A stretch of 64,000 nucleotides of DNA from positions 59,026-123,025 of the forward strand of contig JBBTRX010000007.1 in NCBI GenBank assembly GCA_038064975.1. The letters are read 5' to 3'. Position 1 is the first letter of the stretch; each line of letters begins with the position of its first letter. The notes below the pieces were generated by a model, which was given only the letters and a program-made list of their open reading frames with translations, did no database searches and was not told the origin of the DNA. Below are positions 46,931-56,816 of this stretch, piece after piece. Source of the DNA: Patescibacteria group bacterium. GTDB taxonomy: Bacteria > Patescibacteriota > Minisyncoccia > UBA6257 > 1-14-0-10-40-38. Both the position numbers and the translations under genes were made by a program.

Positions 46931-47200
46931 CTTAACAATCCCGCTCTATCGCGTTGCAACTCGTTTTTTGACGAGCGCAAGGCGCGACGAGAAGAGTGGA
47001 GTTTACGCTCCCTCGACGAGAAGCAACGAAGCGATTCGACAAAAACGAGCGCAACCCTTCGGGATAGGGCCAATATACCCACCCCCTGCGTCGCTCCGCC
47101 TCGGAGTAGTTTTTCACTACACCTTCGTTGTCGCTCCTTGTGATGTACCTATATTGGCTCATATCGCGTTAAGTGGGGTTGTTAAGATGAGTTCTACTAG
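46921..47200. repeat. GC-rich ftsA-ftsZ intergenic element bounded by about 29-bp imperfect inverted repeats
   Basis: Left arm CATCTTAACAATCCCGCTCTATCGCG versus the reverse complement of the right arm CATCTTAACAACCCCACTTAACGCG (24/29 identical). Internal short repeats ACGAGCGCAA x2, GTCGCTCC x2. Confidence 0.4.
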
Positions 47201-48435
47201 GGAGCAAAGTATTTCCAGGCTTTTTTGAGCAATGATGTTGCTCCCCCTAAAGGAATATTGAATTTCTTTGATTCCCCTATACTATCATATCCCATAAGCA
47301 ACAAGCCAAGACCCGCGGTAAGCTCCGGATCATCCAGCATTGTAGCGTCTTCAGAGTTCCTAATATCATATGAAGCAAGGTCCGGATTCGCTATTTGAGC
47401 CGCAAGGTGCAGTTCTTGTTTTGCGAGTTCTATAATTGAAGGGATTTTAGCTCCCCCTCCAGTAAGCACTACTCCACCCGGGAGTTGTCCTGCTTTTTTA
47501 AGATAGCCAAGTTCGTTGTTTACAAACTTAAAAATTTCCGCGAGGCGCGCTTCGATAATTTCAGCGATGTACCGTTTAGTAATATGCCCCTTTGCTCCGG
47601 GATCAATTTTTGAAAGCTCAATGTTTTCCCGCGCAGGAATCTCTTTCGCTATAGCAGATCCGTACGAAAGTTTCACCCGCTCCGCGAAATGCACCGGGAT
47701 TTTGAGCCCGATCGCAAGATCGTTAGTAATATTAGACGCTCCCACGGGAAAAACGGCGGCATGGACAATTTTACCCTCTTCATAAACACACATGCTCGTT
47801 TTTCCATAACCGATATCCACGAGCACTACACCGAGCTCGCGCTGACTTTTTGTGAGTATTGCACGAGCATCTGCGAGCGGCTGGAGAATAAGTTTTCTAA
47901 CTTCTCCCCCTAACATCTCAACGCACTTCATTAAATTTTTTATATTGGGAGCAAACGCATCAATGATTAAACTATTCACCTCCAAGCGATTGCCAACCAT
48001 CTCAACGGGGTCGCGAATATCACGAACGCCGTCAACGATATATTCTCTAACTATGGAATGGAGCACGAGGCGGTTTGCCGGAATATTAATTGCCTGGGCA
48101 CTCTGCATGGCCCGTTTAACGTCGTCTTCATTGATCTCATAATCTGCACGGGAAACAGCGACGATACCGATAGAAGATTGGACTTTAATATCGCTTGATC
48201 CGATACCGAGAAAAATCTCGGCAAGAGCGTCTTTGCTGAACTTTTTTACCTCAGCGAGTACGGGAGAAAGGGACTGCGTAAGCTCTGCGATATCATGCAC
48301 GACGCCCTTTCTAATACCCTGCGAGGGATGTTTCATAACACGAAGGACGGTGATGCCACCGTCTCGCCTTATTTCTCCAATAACTGTTTTAATAGTGGAC
48401 GATCCAACGTCCAATCCTACAATAAACCGAGGCAT
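47197..48435 (-). CDS. ftsA: Cell division protein FtsA
   Basis: Actin-like ATPase. LDVGSSTIKTVIGE phosphate-1 motif. Followed by ftsZ. Confidence 0.85.
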   Translation of the reverse strand: MPRFIVGLDVGSSTIKTVIGEIRRDGGITVLRVMKHPSQGIRKGVVHDIAELTQSLSPVLAEVKKFSKDALAEIFLGIGSSDIKVQSSIGIVAVSRADYEINEDDVKRAMQSAQAINIPANRLVLHSIVREYIVDGVRDIRDPVEMVGNRLEVNSLIIDAFAPNIKNLMKCVEMLGGEVRKLILQPLADARAILTKSQRELGVVLVDIGYGKTSMCVYEEGKIVHAAVFPVGASNITNDLAIGLKIPVHFAERVKLSYGSAIAKEIPARENIELSKIDPGAKGHITKRYIAEIIEARLAEIFKFVNNELGYLKKAGQLPGGVVLTGGGAKIPSIIELAKQELHLAAQIANPDLASYDIRNSEDATMLDDPELTAGLGLLLMGYDSIGESKKFNIPLGGATSLLKKAWKYFAP

Positions 48436-48447
48436 AGTTTTATAGTA

Positions 48448-48852
48448 TTACAAATTCTGAAACTGAGATTCTTTGAGACGCTCTTCAAAGATCTTTTCTT
48501 TTTGCTCCATCACTATTCTATCATGGGTACGCACATGGTCATATCCTAGGAGATGCAAAAAACCGTGGATAACCATAGTGAGAAGACTCTCTCCCGCCCG
48601 TTTGATATAAAATGGATTTATATACACCTCTCCCAAAAATTCGCCTGGCATATCAGGACGAGGAGTGCCTTTGGTGTGAGGGAAGGAGAGAACGTTTTTA
48701 TTCATGAATTTGCTTCCCACAAGATATATAAAAAAAGAACCCTCCCGTTTTCCGGAGAGCACAAGTAAGCGTTCAGCTGCCGCTTGCACCGCTTTTGCGT
48801 ATTGTGCGGCACGCTTATCCCCTACAACCACTACAACGCGAGATTGCTTCAT
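48448..48852 (-). CDS. ybeY: rRNA maturation endoribonuclease YbeY
   Basis: HGFLHLLGYDH zinc-binding motif. Confidence 0.85.
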   Translation of the reverse strand: MKQSRVVVVVGDKRAAQYAKAVQAAAERLLVLSGKREGSFFIYLVGSKFMNKNVLSFPHTKGTPRPDMPGEFLGEVYINPFYIKRAGESLLTMVIHGFLHLLGYDHVRTHDRIVMEQKEKIFEERLKESQFQNL

Positions 48853-49295
48853 TACTCGTTAAAAGCACGCTTTATGGCATCGCTTATAATCCTACCGTCA
48901 GCCTTACCCTTCAATTCTGCCATCACCGCTTTCATTGCGGTTACAAAATCCTTTGCGCCTGATACGCTTACAATCTTTGAGACTTGGCGTTCAACCTCCT
49001 CATCGCTCATCTGTGCGGGAAGATATTGTTTTAGTATTTTTAATTCTTCTTTCTCCTTATCAGCAAGATCTGTTCTTCCGCCATCCGTAAACATGCGGAT
49101 AGAATCTTCCCGTTTTTTCGCTTCGGAGTTTATGATTGCTATTACTTTATCGTCAGGAAGATTATCGGATATTTTTTCTGCTATAGCCTTATTCTTTATC
49201 ACCGACAAAACCATGCGAAGAACGAGCAACGTCCTTTCGTCGTGCGCCCTAAGGGCGGTTTTTAAATCTTGATCAATGCGTTCTCGTAAGGTCAT
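48852..49295 (-). CDS. GatB/YqeY domain protein
   Basis: About 147 aa all-helical. LVLRMVLSVIKNKAIAEK matches the YqeY family. Confidence 0.65.
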   Translation of the reverse strand: MTLRERIDQDLKTALRAHDERTLLVLRMVLSVIKNKAIAEKISDNLPDDKVIAIINSEAKKREDSIRMFTDGGRTDLADKEKEELKILKQYLPAQMSDEEVERQVSKIVSVSGAKDFVTAMKAVMAELKGKADGRIISDAIKRAFNE

Positions 49296-49482
49296 GGAAT
49301 ATCAACAATAAACAATAAGAAATGGATAATGAAGAAGCTAAAATCTAGAAAATAGTAAGTAGAATTTGGAAATGCAATAGAAGTTACAATGTATTGTAAA
49401 TTCCCTTTCCTTATTTTTGAGATTTGATTTTTGAGATTTTAATTGTTCTAGCCCCTATTCCCTAACCTCTATACCCTAATTT

Positions 49483-49701
49483 CTACGCCGAACCCATCTT
49501 TTTTGCGCGCTCAAATTCTTTCTTCTTCGCATCCCGATGAATCGCGGAGAGTCGGCGTTTAATACGGCTCTTCGGACGGGAACGAAAACGACGCTTGCGC
49601 GCCTCTCGCAAAACTCCACTCTGTTTTGTCCGCTTCGTAAAGCGGAAGATAAGAGCATTAGGAGATTCGCCTTCGCGTTTTTTTACTTGTATTCTGCTCA
49701 T
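49483..49701 (-). CDS. rpsU: 30S ribosomal protein S21
   Basis: Basic 72-aa protein. VKKREGESPNALIFRFTKRTKQSGVLREARKRRF parallels S21. Confidence 0.7.
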   Translation of the reverse strand: MSRIQVKKREGESPNALIFRFTKRTKQSGVLREARKRRFRSRPKSRIKRRLSAIHRDAKKKEFERAKKMGSA

Positions 49702-49704
49702 AAA

Positions 49705-50106
49705 TTATCGTAATTCTTTAGCTAAATTTTTGATCGACTTCTCTGGAGGATTATTAACAACGGAATGCAGCGAACCTCCTCCATCGTTCGCATACCGTGG
49801 AATAACATGCACGTGGACATGATCAACCGCCTGCCCCGCAACTTTGCCATGGTTAATGCCTATAGTAAATCCATGTGGATGTAAGCGGCGATCCAATATC
49901 TCTGTGACATTCTTTACTGCAAGAAAGAGCGGCTTAATAGCTTCGTCCCCAAGGTCTATAATATTTTCTGCATGAACCTTAGGGATAATAACGCTATGCC
50001 CAAGCGACCGCGGATGGATATCTAAAAAAGCAACTACCGCATCATTTTCATAGAAAATCTCTGCGGGAATGGCTTTTTGAGCTATATTGCAGAATAAACA
50101 ATTCAT
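49705..50106 (-). CDS. HIT-family (histidine triad) protein
   Basis: HVHVHVIP triad motif. Confidence 0.85.
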   Translation of the reverse strand: MNCLFCNIAQKAIPAEIFYENDAVVAFLDIHPRSLGHSVIIPKVHAENIIDLGDEAIKPLFLAVKNVTEILDRRLHPHGFTIGINHGKVAGQAVDHVHVHVIPRYANDGGGSLHSVVNNPPEKSIKNLAKELR

Positions 50107-50115
50107 CGCCTTTTT

Positions 50116-51417
50116 TCAAGCGTCTACCTCTTTCAGCTTCTTTTTCACGCTTTCGGCGAGTTTTGCGAGAGGAATTGTTTCCTGAGCTCCCGTCTTCAGA
50201 TCCCGAATAATAATACTCTCCTCAAATGCCTCTTTTTGCCCGAAAATTAAGGCGAGCGGAGAACCAAGTTTGTCCGCAACCCTCAGTTGGGCGTTTAATG
50301 ACTCCTTTCCTAAAGATTCGGCAACATCAATATGATTTCTCCTCATTTCCTCAATGAGCAGTAAACTTCTCTTTTTTGCTAAATCACCGATGTAAATCAA
50401 GAATATTTTTGGTTTTTCCCGAAGGCCAAGATTGATTTCCTGCAATCGAATCACATCAATAATACGCTCCATGCCTGCCGCAAAGCCGACTGCAGGAACA
50501 TTCTTTCCTCCTAGGAGTTCAACGAGATAATCATACCGACCACCGCCTCCCAAAGCTTGTCCGTACCCCTCCACGACAATTTCAAAAACAGTACGGGAAT
50601 AATAATCTAATCCTCGTACGAGACGATGATCAAGAGCATACGGCAATTTTAATTCCTCCAAGTAATCCAATACAGATTTAAAGTGATTTCTACACGACGT
50701 ACAAAGCTCATCAACGATAATCGGAGCATCGGCTTTGAGCGGAGCACATTGTTCTTCTTTGCAATCTAGGAGGCGAAGTGGATTCGTTTCTAGTCGGCGG
50801 AGACAATCTTTGCAGAGCTGACTTTTTTTCTGCTTGTAGTATGTCTGCAGTTTTCTGCGATATCCAGGACGGCAATTTTTGCATCCGATACTGTTTACCT
50901 TAATAGTAATATTTTTTATTTTAAGCGATTCAAGAAGACGCGTGAAAACGAGCATGAGTTGGGCGTCATAAATCGGATCTGATTCATTGCTCAAAATTTC
51001 AAAATTCAGCTGGTGAAACTCGCGGTACCGCCCTGCTTGCGGCTGTTCATACCGAAACATCGGACCTTCCAAATAAAGTTTAAGAGGGCTTCCTAGCTGA
51101 CTCATGCCATTTTCAATGAACGCGCGAGCGATGCCCGCTGTAGCTTCCGGACGGAGCGCAAGCTTTTCATTACCTTTTGCAACAATCGTGAACATTTGTT
51201 TCTCAATTACATCCGTCCCTTCTCCTACGGATCGCTCAAAGAGCTCCATGCGTTCCAGGAGTGGAATTTCAATGGGGCTGAAATTATAAAACTCCGCGAT
51301 ATCTCGTGCGTTCTTTTTAATCTTCTCCCAGATTGGCTGTTCGTGCGGAAGAATATCATGCATCCCCTTTGGGCGCTGAACAGGCTGTATTTTTTGAGTT
51401 TTTGGTTTTGTAGGCAT
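50116..51417 (-). CDS. hisS: Histidine--tRNA ligase
   Basis: Class II motifs: GPMFRYEQPQAGRYREFHQ (motif 2) and GGGRYD (motif 3). Confidence 0.85.
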   Translation of the reverse strand: MPTKPKTQKIQPVQRPKGMHDILPHEQPIWEKIKKNARDIAEFYNFSPIEIPLLERMELFERSVGEGTDVIEKQMFTIVAKGNEKLALRPEATAGIARAFIENGMSQLGSPLKLYLEGPMFRYEQPQAGRYREFHQLNFEILSNESDPIYDAQLMLVFTRLLESLKIKNITIKVNSIGCKNCRPGYRRKLQTYYKQKKSQLCKDCLRRLETNPLRLLDCKEEQCAPLKADAPIIVDELCTSCRNHFKSVLDYLEELKLPYALDHRLVRGLDYYSRTVFEIVVEGYGQALGGGGRYDYLVELLGGKNVPAVGFAAGMERIIDVIRLQEINLGLREKPKIFLIYIGDLAKKRSLLLIEEMRRNHIDVAESLGKESLNAQLRVADKLGSPLALIFGQKEAFEESIIIRDLKTGAQETIPLAKLAESVKKKLKEVDA

Positions 51418-51978
51418 TTACTTAACGGGATACGACGGAGCTTCAAAAACATCAAACTGGCTAAAGGGGAAGATTCTAATTCTTGCGATACCGATAATAT
51501 CTTCACGATCTACAGCTCCCCAATTCCGAGAGTCAAAACTATGGGCACGATTGTCCCCCATAGCAAAATACTGATTTGCGTGAAGCGTAATATCAAAATT
51601 GCCGTTTTCGGAGTCATCGCTGGGCAGATACGGCTCGTTAAGCGTGATCGTTTGATTATCACTTATGATCTGGATTGAACCGTTGCGAGAAACAACGCGC
51701 TCTCCGGGAATGCCAATGATGCGTTTAATAAAAAAGACTTCCTTATCAAGAGGATAGCGAAACACGATTATTTCACCCCGTTTCGGCTCACGAAGATGAT
51801 ACGTTATTTCATCCACTAGCAAATAATTCCCGTTTGAAAAATTGGGCTCCATAGACGCTCCAGATACCAAAAAGGGCTGTACTAAGAACGTTCTAATAAC
51901 AAAGACTGTTATGCTTGCCACAAAAATGACCTCAAGCACCTCCCATGCGGATAGGACAATTTGTTTCAGCTTTTTCAT
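51418..51978 (-). CDS. lepB: Signal peptidase I
   Basis: SGASMEPNF (catalytic Ser), GDNRAHSFDSR box. Confidence 0.85.
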   Translation of the reverse strand: MKKLKQIVLSAWEVLEVIFVASITVFVIRTFLVQPFLVSGASMEPNFSNGNYLLVDEITYHLREPKRGEIIVFRYPLDKEVFFIKRIIGIPGERVVSRNGSIQIISDNQTITLNEPYLPSDDSENGNFDITLHANQYFAMGDNRAHSFDSRNWGAVDREDIIGIARIRIFPFSQFDVFEAPSYPVK

Positions 51979-52042
51979 GGTATGGTAAAAGGAATAAAAC
52001 TACAGATTAGGAGTATTCTACTATAATAAAGAGCATAAAGCA

Positions 52043-52573
52043 ATGGGAATTAAACTCATAATAAGCATTGGAAATCCGGGAAAAGAGTACGAACGGTCGT
52101 ATCATAACGCGGGCCACATTGCACTCCGCATTTTGAAAGAAAAAGTCGGTTCAACGGTCCCCCTCCTTGCCTCTTCAGAATTTATGAACCGATCTGGGTC
52201 TTTTGTAGGGCGAGAAGCGCGGCAGAAGGGTGTAAAAGCACAACAAATTCTCATCCTCCACGACGATAGCGACCTTCCCCTAGGAACCGCAAAGCTTGAT
52301 TTTAATCGGGGTGCCGGAGGGCATAATGGAGTCGCAGATATTATTGCGACGCTTCAAACCCAAGAATTTTATCGCCTTCGCATCGGAGTACGCAAAAAAA
52401 CATGGTTCTGGTCCAGACGCAAAAAAGCGGGAGAATTTGTTCTAAAACAGATGCCAAAGAAAGACGAGGAGATGTTGCGAGATAGTATTGAATCCAATAT
52501 AGAAAAAATCACTCGTCTTCTTTCGCAGTCAAACTCACCCCAAACGAATACGTTCCATCAGGATTCGCTTTAA
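52043..52573 (+). CDS. pth: Peptidyl-tRNA hydrolase
   Basis: LIISIGNPGKEYERSYHNAGH N-terminal signature. Confidence 0.85.
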   Translation: MGIKLIISIGNPGKEYERSYHNAGHIALRILKEKVGSTVPLLASSEFMNRSGSFVGREARQKGVKAQQILILHDDSDLPLGTAKLDFNRGAGGHNGVADIIATLQTQEFYRLRIGVRKKTWFWSRRKKAGEFVLKQMPKKDEEMLRDSIESNIEKITRLLSQSNSPQTNTFHQDSL

Positions 52574-54017
52574 TATTAGCTAAAGGAAGAAGAACCTCGC
52601 TGAAAATACCGCTTTTCTCCAATCGTTCTTTGAACGCAATAACCTCTGGTTCGCTTTTTGTAAATCCGTTTATGAGTAAATCTTTTCCCTCCACGGAAAC
52701 TCTAATCAAGGCCACTCCCTGACTAAGAGTAAGAATATTATTCAAAGACTCCGAAACAGATACCGCTTCATTATTTGCATTTTCAATTCGCGAAGCAAAA
52801 GAATTAAATTCTTTTGCTTCTGCTTGAAGTCGTACTATTTCAGCTTTATCCGCAGGATTTCCATCTAGTATATTTTTTTTAACATCGTTTAATTTTTGAA
52901 TAATAAAAGCATCCCCAATGCCAAAAAATAATGTGAGGATCGCAAATGTAGCAACAGCAACGCTTCTCCATGCGTGAATAAATGCAATAACACGCGTTTC
53001 TTCATAACGCTCACGGACAGAGTGATCAGCAAGACTAAGGAAGGAATCCTCATTGCGAGGCATAGTGCCTCGCAAAGCAGACCCCAAGAGAGGAAGCCAT
53101 GCATGAGGAATGCCCTGAAACGCTGGGAGTGTAAGGGCTTCTACAGGAACACCAAACGTATCTTTGAGTCCATCAATTATTTTCCCCGTCATCTCATCAG
53201 CGGCAACGAAGAGGGAATCTACGGGTTTACCCCATCTGCTTTGATAGAAATTCAAAACCTTTTGAGCTTCGCTTGCAATGAACGCTTGAAAATCGTTTTG
53301 AGAAAGATCTTTTCCTCCATACTCTTCGCGGAGCGTGAGCCAACTATGGGATTGGCTAAAATAGAGATTTCCCTTTTGAGCAATGAGAAACAGTACCCCT
53401 TCTCCCGAAACATGAATAATACATAATGATTGCCGAGGGTCGTCTTTAGGAAGCCCTTCACTTATTGAGCGAGCAAGAGCAAGACCGGGAAACTCAACTG
53501 CCGTCGCAATAAACCCTGCTTCTTCCGCGGTTTTTGTATATGCATCAACAAATTCTCGTTCTGCGACCGCTCCTAAAAGATCTACTTGTGCGGTTCCTAA
53601 AAATCGCTCACCTATCTTCTGCCAACCGGAATATACGTGAGAGAAATCTGTCGGAGAGAGCATTTGCAGATTCAGTAGCGCCGACTCTTCCATCTTTGAT
53701 TCTTCTAAAAACGGCATGGAGAATGGCTGAGTGTATACAATTTCTTCCGGAAGGAGAAGAATAATATTTTGCATTGCACGTCCGCCTCCAATTTGGCTAC
53801 GGAATTTTTTTAATGCCGCGACAAGCTTAGCAGAATCCTTAACCTTCCCCTTCTCAATAATCCCTGGAGGCAAGCGGAGTGCGGAAGTAGTCGGTTTTTT
53901 AACGCCCGGTTGCATTAAGAGAAACCGAATGCCTGCATCAGAAAAAGCCAATCCTCCGATTTCCGGGGCTGGGTTAATCATTTTTTGTACTCTAGAAAGA
54001 AATAGATTACCTCTCAT
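52509..54017 (-). CDS. Type IV pilus assembly protein, fused PilM-like (actin-fold) and PilN-like (TM plus coiled coil) modules
   Basis: Cytoplasmic actin-like region, single TM around residues 335-360, periplasmic coiled coil. First gene of the pilus operon. Confidence 0.5.
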   Translation of the reverse strand: MRGNLFLSRVQKMINPAPEIGGLAFSDAGIRFLLMQPGVKKPTTSALRLPPGIIEKGKVKDSAKLVAALKKFRSQIGGGRAMQNIILLLPEEIVYTQPFSMPFLEESKMEESALLNLQMLSPTDFSHVYSGWQKIGERFLGTAQVDLLGAVAEREFVDAYTKTAEEAGFIATAVEFPGLALARSISEGLPKDDPRQSLCIIHVSGEGVLFLIAQKGNLYFSQSHSWLTLREEYGGKDLSQNDFQAFIASEAQKVLNFYQSRWGKPVDSLFVAADEMTGKIIDGLKDTFGVPVEALTLPAFQGIPHAWLPLLGSALRGTMPRNEDSFLSLADHSVRERYEETRVIAFIHAWRSVAVATFAILTLFFGIGDAFIIQKLNDVKKNILDGNPADKAEIVRLQAEAKEFNSFASRIENANNEAVSVSESLNNILTLSQGVALIRVSVEGKDLLINGFTKSEPEVIAFKERLEKSGIFSEVLLPLANIKANPDGTYSFGVSLTAKEDE

Positions 54018-54496
54018 AGCGATATTTCATAAATTGCAACCGGCCGAACTTCTCCCGTATGAGGGTCAACATCAAGCGTAGCACGCAAACGACGGCGTTT
54101 TGTAAGCGCTTGCCCATCAGAAACTATTTCTCTTTTACCAACGCTGATAGCGCACGATGGAGATCCATTGCATATTACCGTGTTATTGCATGAGGCATCA
54201 CTATCATCACAAATTTCAATCGTCGCCCCAGAAGGAATAGTATAAGGGTCATCGTCGCTATATTGATTACGAATGACTCGTAATATCGCATCCTGAATAC
54301 CAGACTCTGCATCCGCGTATGCCTGTGCTGAAAGCCGAAAACCATAATTTGTATTATTCGCAATGAATACAATAAACATGCCCACAAGCGCGATATCAAC
54401 AATGATCGCCCCAATAAGAAGGATTGCGCTCAACGACGCAACTCCCTGCTTGTCAGATTTGAGATTTAATATTTGATTTTTGATATTGAAACTCAT
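54014..54496 (-). CDS. Pilus-associated membrane-anchored protein (PilO/minor-pilin-like, hypothetical)
   Basis: Single N-terminal TM. Translationally coupled (4-nt overlaps) to both neighbours. Four Cys in the exodomain. Confidence 0.35.
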   Translation of the reverse strand: MSFNIKNQILNLKSDKQGVASLSAILLIGAIIVDIALVGMFIVFIANNTNYGFRLSAQAYADAESGIQDAILRVIRNQYSDDDPYTIPSGATIEICDDSDASCNNTVICNGSPSCAISVGKREIVSDGQALTKRRRLRATLDVDPHTGEVRPVAIYEISL

Positions 54497-55551
54497 TTAC
54501 TCCAATTAATAATAACATCTTCCACTATAGGACCTGCGGAGGGAGTGCAGGTTGGAATATTACATGGCGTGAAATTAAGCCGATATTTGAAATAACGAAT
54601 ATTAGAATGAGCAATAAGACTGGTTGTTGCATAAGGAGCGATAGCTCCCAAACCAATAGACTGAAAAGCCCATCCAAGCGTAGTACAATTCGGTGGTACA
54701 TCTCCCACATCAGCACAATCCGTTGCTATCTGAGCAGTAATTTGAGCAGGAGCGCTTGGTAATGCTCCGTGCCATACAAATGTATTTAGTTGTGATCCGC
54801 ATAATACGCCCGGCGCAAGATTGGGGCACGTATCAAAAACACTTGATTCTAAAATCGCTGTGGGCAGTGTAGGAGGAATAGGAGACCATGTCGTTTTTAC
54901 TTTATAGTCTACCGTCGCACAAGTATCTATTGGATTAGAACAATTAAAACTAATCCAACCTACAATATCGTTCCATGCCCAGCCACTAAACTCCCCTTCT
55001 GCTGGAGAAGAACTATCAACATTAATAACTACTTGATATGTTGGCGATACCGGACAATTCCACGACAACGTTCCGGGATTCCAAACCGACCCCCCGCTCG
55101 CATTCCCGCAAAAACTAATCCAGCCAATACTATCGTTCCATGCCCAACCTGCAAGATTTGAAATTCCTGTTATTGCATAGTTCGTAAAATCGTTTGAAAC
55201 GAAAAAATTTGATGTCCCACAGATATTTATAGTATTCGGATTTGCATTATCACAATTCAAAGCAATGAATCCAACCGAAGAGCTCGCATATCCACGAAGT
55301 TCAATGTCAGTCACTTCAACATTCGAATTATCTGTATATACAAAATCAATCCATCCAATCACATCATTCCACGCCCAATGATTTGGTTCTGCAATATCGA
55401 TGTTTGGAGTCGTCGGACCGATTCCAGCCATTACTTGTAAAGTAAAAAATCCTGTTATAAAAACAACAGCAAAGAACAAACCTACTATAATATTGATTCG
55501 TAATTTCATGTTATGGCTCAAGAATCTGTACCGCTCCTGGAGTCGTTTCAT
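54493..55551 (-). CDS. Secreted Cys-rich repeat protein with three W-A-W-N-D...GWI.F motifs (candidate pilus tip adhesin)
   Basis: N-terminal TM/signal. Repeats NHWAWNDVIGWIDF, AGWAWNDSIGWISF, SGWAWNDIVGWISF. 19 Cys. Confidence 0.4.
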   Translation of the reverse strand: MKRLQERYRFLSHNMKLRINIIVGLFFAVVFITGFFTLQVMAGIGPTTPNIDIAEPNHWAWNDVIGWIDFVYTDNSNVEVTDIELRGYASSSVGFIALNCDNANPNTINICGTSNFFVSNDFTNYAITGISNLAGWAWNDSIGWISFCGNASGGSVWNPGTLSWNCPVSPTYQVVINVDSSSPAEGEFSGWAWNDIVGWISFNCSNPIDTCATVDYKVKTTWSPIPPTLPTAILESSVFDTCPNLAPGVLCGSQLNTFVWHGALPSAPAQITAQIATDCADVGDVPPNCTTLGWAFQSIGLGAIAPYATTSLIAHSNIRYFKYRLNFTPCNIPTCTPSAGPIVEDVIINWSK

Positions 55552-56206
55552 GATCTATCTCATCCGACTCCGCCATATCATAAACTGAGATAGAGCTCGT
55601 TGCGGAATACGACACACTCACTCCATTCCCCCCACTCCAATCTGTCTGGCGCATCACCACATTATTATGCCTTGTGAGATATTTACTAAACTGCACCTGC
55701 CCTCCATCCGGCCATGAAACAGTTACGATAACGCGCTGTGTTGAAGGATCTTCGTTGAGAGAGTTGAACGTCGTCTCGATATTGTCCTGAGGGTCTCTTG
55801 ATACATTTTGTTTCTGAAAAAAACGCGTATATACAATACCATCGCTACCTGTTACCGATTCTGTCCCTGATCTCCATATAAATGGAGCCGTGGGGGCTGT
55901 TTTCCTCAAATAATAATCCTCATCTTCAGTTAGATTATAAAGACCCTGATTTAAGCCAGTCCCTTCACAAGGAGCGCTTACACAATACCACTTGGTTTGA
56001 GCATAGATCGTAAGACCCTCTAAAAGTTCCTGACCTAGAAATGTCGCGCTTTGGAGATATTTATTTTGCTGGCTAATACGAAGCGTTACGGTAAGCACAA
56101 GCACTGCGGACCCAATAATAATAATGCCAACCGTAATACCAATTAAGATCTCTATTAAAGATTGGCCTTTTCTGCTATTGAGCAAGCGTAATTGTTCCAT
56201 TAGCAC
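55511..56206 (-). CDS. Type IV minor pilin/pseudopilin
   Basis: Prepilin leader ...RKGQSLIEILIGITVG (Gly then Gln-Ser-Leu-Ile-Glu, Glu at +5). Confidence 0.65.
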   Translation of the reverse strand: MLMEQLRLLNSRKGQSLIEILIGITVGIIIIGSAVLVLTVTLRISQQNKYLQSATFLGQELLEGLTIYAQTKWYCVSAPCEGTGLNQGLYNLTEDEDYYLRKTAPTAPFIWRSGTESVTGSDGIVYTRFFQKQNVSRDPQDNIETTFNSLNEDPSTQRVIVTVSWPDGGQVQFSKYLTRHNNVVMRQTDWSGGNGVSVSYSATSSISVYDMAESDEIDHETTPGAVQILEP

Positions 56207-56687
56207 TTATAGTTATAGTTTTTGTTTCCGCTCCGGAAATGATACCAAGCACAACACTCTGGGGAGTACCACCAGGAGAACCTTTTAAGGTAGAAAATGC
56301 TATATCCTGAATACTTCTATCGACTAACCCTACCCAATAAATATCATTCTTTAATTTATATACTTCTCGAACCAGAGCAGCAGGAGCAGCAGATCCAGGA
56401 GGAGGATATATAGTGCTCGTAAGCGTAGAGCTTGAGGCATATACAAGCTTCATTATGTCGCCAGTTACGAGTTTCTCAAGACGCACACCCCACATACTAC
56501 CGTTTTCTTGAGTGATAGAACGTTGCTGTGCGTCACGGAGAAACGACTCAACTCGTTTTGCATCAGAATCAAGATTCTGAACTACTCTCTGACGAATTAC
56601 ACCGAATGTGGTAAATCCAAAAATAACACTACCAATTGCAATCGTTATCATAAGTTCTATGAGCGTAAATCCTCGGTTATTCTTCAT
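56175..56687 (-). CDS. Type IV pilin-like protein
   Basis: MKNNRGFTLIELMITIAIG: canonical class III signal / N-methylation motif. Confidence 0.75.
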   Translation of the reverse strand: MKNNRGFTLIELMITIAIGSVIFGFTTFGVIRQRVVQNLDSDAKRVESFLRDAQQRSITQENGSMWGVRLEKLVTGDIMKLVYASSSTLTSTIYPPPGSAAPAALVREVYKLKNDIYWVGLVDRSIQDIAFSTLKGSPGGTPQSVVLGIISGAETKTITISANGTITLAQ

Positions 56688-56816
56688 AGTAGAAAGAAGT
56701 AAGTATAAAGCATAAAGTGAACAGAAAAAATCATTAATGAATTAAAGTCTATTGTTTTTTTAATTTTGCATTGTCACTTTCATCTTTGAGATTTTATTTT
56801 TGAGATTTGATTTTCT

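Noticed and set aside
46919-47228. Three overlapping ORFs (74-86 aa) in the ftsA-ftsZ spacer
   Set aside because: All lie within the GC-rich inverted-repeat element and overlap on both strands. No SD. Interpreted as non-coding structured DNA/RNA.
49413-49445. Tandem TTTTTGAGATTTGA repeats as a CRISPR array
   Set aside because: Only two adjacent units without unique spacers and no cas genes. Treated as a dispersed short intergenic motif instead.
52509-52573. 65-bp convergent overlap between pth and the pilMN fusion gene
   Set aside because: Convergent 3' overlaps of this size occur and both products look full-length. No evidence of a frameshift. Noted only.
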